Sequence record: DRR378314_223
Length of the DNA: 20,000 bases
Strand: one strand, 5' to 3'
Of this stretch, positions 17,679 through 20,000 are shown piece by piece; positions within the stretch are counted from its first letter, which is position 1; every line of letters begins with the position of its first letter. The translations under genes and the position numbers were made by a program. The notes under the pieces are model-generated. The model ran no database searches. It worked only from the letters and a program-made list of their open reading frames with translations, and had not been told where the DNA came from.

Positions 17679-19478
17679 TCAGCGGACTTTGATGTCGGCC
17701 AGTTCTTTGCCATCTTCCGACATCACATGTGTCGAACAGGCCAAGCACGGGTCAAAGCTGTGTAGCGTGCGCAGGATCTCCACCGGCTCTTCCGGCACTT
17801 CCATATAGGTGTTCATCAATGAGGCCTCGAAGGCACCGATATTGCCTTCATTGTCGCGAGGCGACCCGTTCCAGGTTGTCGGAACAACACATTGATAGTT
17901 GTCGATCTTGGTATCCTTGATGCGAAGCCAGTGCCCCAAGGCACCGCGCGGGGCTTCGGTGAACCCAACACCCTTGACCTCGGAGGGCCAGGTTGATGGG
18001 TCAAACCGTTCGGTATTCGCGGTCGCACTGTCGCCGTTCTTGATGGTGGCGATCAGCTTGTCGAGGAAATAGAGCTGTTGTTCGGCGGCCCAGACCGCCT
18101 CCATCCCGCGCGCTGCAGTCCGACCCAGCGTCGAGAACAGGGCGTCAACCGGGACATCAAGCGTACGCAGCACAGAATTGATCTGGTCAGTGAAATATTC
18201 ATGCCCCTGCGCATAGCCAACCACATAGCGTGCCAGCGGACCGACCTCCATCGCGTGACCGCGCCAGCGCGGTGCCTTGATCCATGAATATTTGCCGCTT
18301 TCGTCAAGCTGCTTGATGTTGGTCTTGGTGCCTATCAGCCCAGGACCATGGACATAATTTGCCTCGGTTACACCGTCCCAAGGGTGCAGACCTGCCTTAT
18401 CGTCATCGTATTTATACCAACTATGCGGCACATATTCCTGAATTTGTTCCGGATCACGCACATCGACCGGATGCACTTCTTCCAGATTGCCATTGATGAT
18501 TGCGCCCTGCGGCATCATCAGATTGCCAGCGGAATAATCATTGGCCCTATCGGGAATATCACCGTAAGCCAGAACGCTGGTGCCTGAAAGACCGCCACCG
18601 TATAACCAGCCCTTGTAGAACCCGCCGATCGCCAGAATATCAGGCAGATAGACATTCTTGCAAAAGGCGATGGTACGTTCGGTCACGCCGCGTACATAGT
18701 TCAGCCGCTCCATGTTGATTGGCGCACCAGCAGCCATATCGCCATCCATGTTGATCGCACAGGGAACACCGCCAACAAGCCAGTTTGGATGGGTATCCTT
18801 GCCTCCGAAAATAGTGCGGACCGTCATGATCTCTTTTTGGAAATCCAGCGCCTCAAGGTAGTGAGTCACGGCCATCAAATCAGCCTCAGGTGGCAGCAGA
18901 TAGGCTGGGTTGGTCCAATAGCCGTTCTTGAACGGACCAAGCTGGCCGCTTTCCACAAATTTTCGGATCCTTGTCTGCACGTCACGGAAATACCCTGGCG
19001 AGGATTTCGGGTGACTTGGCGAAACCCTTTGTTGCAGTTCCGATGTTGCCTTGGGGTCCGCCTTGAGCGCATTCACAGGGTTGACCCAATCGAGCGCATG
19101 CAGATGGTAAAAATGCACAAGGTGATCATGGACCTGAAGGCTGAGCTGCATGATATTGCGGATCGAATTGGCATTTTCAGGGATGTCGATGTTCAGCGCA
19201 TCCTCGACCGCGCGCACCGATGTCAACGCATGCGTCCCTGTGCAGACCCCGCAAATGCGCTGAACAAAGGCCCAGGCATCACGTGGATCACGCCCTTTCA
19301 GAATGACCTCGAGCCCACGCCACATTGTTCCGGTCGATACAGCATTACGGATGATATTGTTTTCATCCACATTCACTTCGCAACGCATATGTCCTTCGAT
19401 CCGTGTGACCGGATCAACCACGACACGCTTGCCGCTGGTGTCCAGAGAATACCCATTAGGTGTTTGTACCGTCGCCAT
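17679..19478 (-). CDS. hupL: Membrane-bound uptake [NiFe]-hydrogenase large subunit (group 1d-like)
   Basis: [11 protein letters not shown]1 [32 protein letters not shown], and L2 [11 protein letters not shown] followed by a 15-aa cleavable tail; 599 aa. Confidence 0.98.
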   Translation of the reverse strand: MATVQTPNGYSLDTSGKRVVVDPVTRIEGHMRCEVNVDENNIIRNAVSTGTMWRGLEVILKGRDPRDAWAFVQRICGVCTGTHALTSVRAVEDALNIDIPENANSIRNIMQLSLQVHDHLVHFYHLHALDWVNPVNALKADPKATSELQQRVSPSHPKSSPGYFRDVQTRIRKFVESGQLGPFKNGYWTNPAYLLPPEADLMAVTHYLEALDFQKEIMTVRTIFGGKDTHPNWLVGGVPCAINMDGDMAAGAPINMERLNYVRGVTERTIAFCKNVYLPDILAIGGFYKGWLYGGGLSGTSVLAYGDIPDRANDYSAGNLMMPQGAIINGNLEEVHPVDVRDPEQIQEYVPHSWYKYDDDKAGLHPWDGVTEANYVHGPGLIGTKTNIKQLDESGKYSWIKAPRWRGHAMEVGPLARYVVGYAQGHEYFTDQINSVLRTLDVPVDALFSTLGRTAARGMEAVWAAEQQLYFLDKLIATIKNGDSATANTERFDPSTWPSEVKGVGFTEAPRGALGHWLRIKDTKIDNYQCVVPTTWNGSPRDNEGNIGAFEASLMNTYMEVPEEPVEILRTLHSFDPCLACSTHVMSEDGKELADIKVR

Positions 19479-20000
19479 TATGATTCATCTCCCTTTTGAG
19501 CGATCCGCTTCACGACGCTCACACCTGCATGAATGGCGGCTGCACCACCAACGATCATGGCGGCTGTGCCGCCGATTTCATCGGCATTGGCTTCGATGCC
19601 AAAGCCCTTGATGTCTGTCAGGCGTTCATAGAAACCGCCCTTGTCCCAGAACCCGTCTTCGGAACACCCAATGCAAGGGTGACCCGCCTGGATTGGAAAG
19701 GACAGACCGCCATTCCAGCGCACTGTCGAGCAGGCGTTATAGGTGGTCGGGCCTTTGCACCCGACCTTGTAGAGGCAGTAGCCCTTGCGCGCGCCCTCAT
19801 CATCGAATTTCTCGACAAATTGACCGGCGTCAAAATGCGGGCGTCGGTAACATTTGTCGTGAATCCGCTGCGAATAGAACATCTTGGGGCGCCCCTGATT
19901 GTCCAGCGTCGGCATTTTTTCAAAGGTCAACATGTAGGTGATCACAGCGGTCATCACCTCCGAAATCGGAGGGCAGCCCGGCACCTTGATGATCGGCTTG
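19478..20000 (-). CDS. hupS: Uptake [NiFe]-hydrogenase small subunit (3' part; start lies beyond the right edge)
   Basis: [47 protein letters not shown] (Pro at the medial [3Fe-4S] position) and a C-terminal TM anchor containing His. The frame stays open to the window edge. Confidence 0.96.
   Translation of the reverse strand, partial: KPIIKVPGCPPISEVMTAVITYMLTFEKMPTLDNQGRPKMFYSQRIHDKCYRRPHFDAGQFVEKFDDEGARKGYCLYKVGCKGPTTYNACSTVRWNGGLSFPIQAGHPCIGCSEDGFWDKGGFYERLTDIKGFGIEANADEIGGTAAMIVGGAAAIHAGVSVVKRIAQKGDES

Noticed and set aside
9953..17748. ORF-track N-terminal extensions of hypE (10123), hypC (11396), hypA (12654), hupD (16751) and hupC (17748)
   Set aside because: Downstream starts match the family N-termini and have an RBS or stop/start coupling; most of the extensions overlap the upstream gene.
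17720..17760. Selenocysteine ([NiFeSe]) recoding in the large subunit
   Set aside because: The L2 motif is DPCLAC with ordinary Cys codons and no in-frame TGA.
1335..19941. Numerous 60-236 aa plus-strand and off-frame ORFs
   Set aside because: They overlap well-supported minus-strand genes and are expected by chance in GC-rich coding DNA.

Overview
The whole window is one minus-strand [NiFe]-hydrogenase (hup/hyp/hox) gene cluster, probably from an alphaproteobacterium (inferred from the gene set). In transcription order (right to left) it holds: the 3' part of hupS, hupL and hupC (membrane-bound uptake hydrogenase, group 1d-like); a stem-loop and a ~280 bp AT-rich spacer; hupD-F-G-H-I-J-K; hypA-B-C-D-E; a His-rich UreH/NiCoT-like nickel transporter; hypX/hoxX; the regulator hupR/hoxA; the kinase hupT/hoxJ; the H2-sensing hydrogenase hupUV/hoxBC; and the 5' part of hypF, which is missing from the ORF track because it runs off the left edge. 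I see no mobile elements, RNA genes or CRISPR arrays, and no wholly new system. The points most worth checking are a degenerate GAFTGA motif in HupR, Gln73 and a KDTH variant in HupL, a repeat-rich candidate control region before hupD, a Tat-like RRxFL motif at the HupJ C-terminus, and the mosaic gene order.
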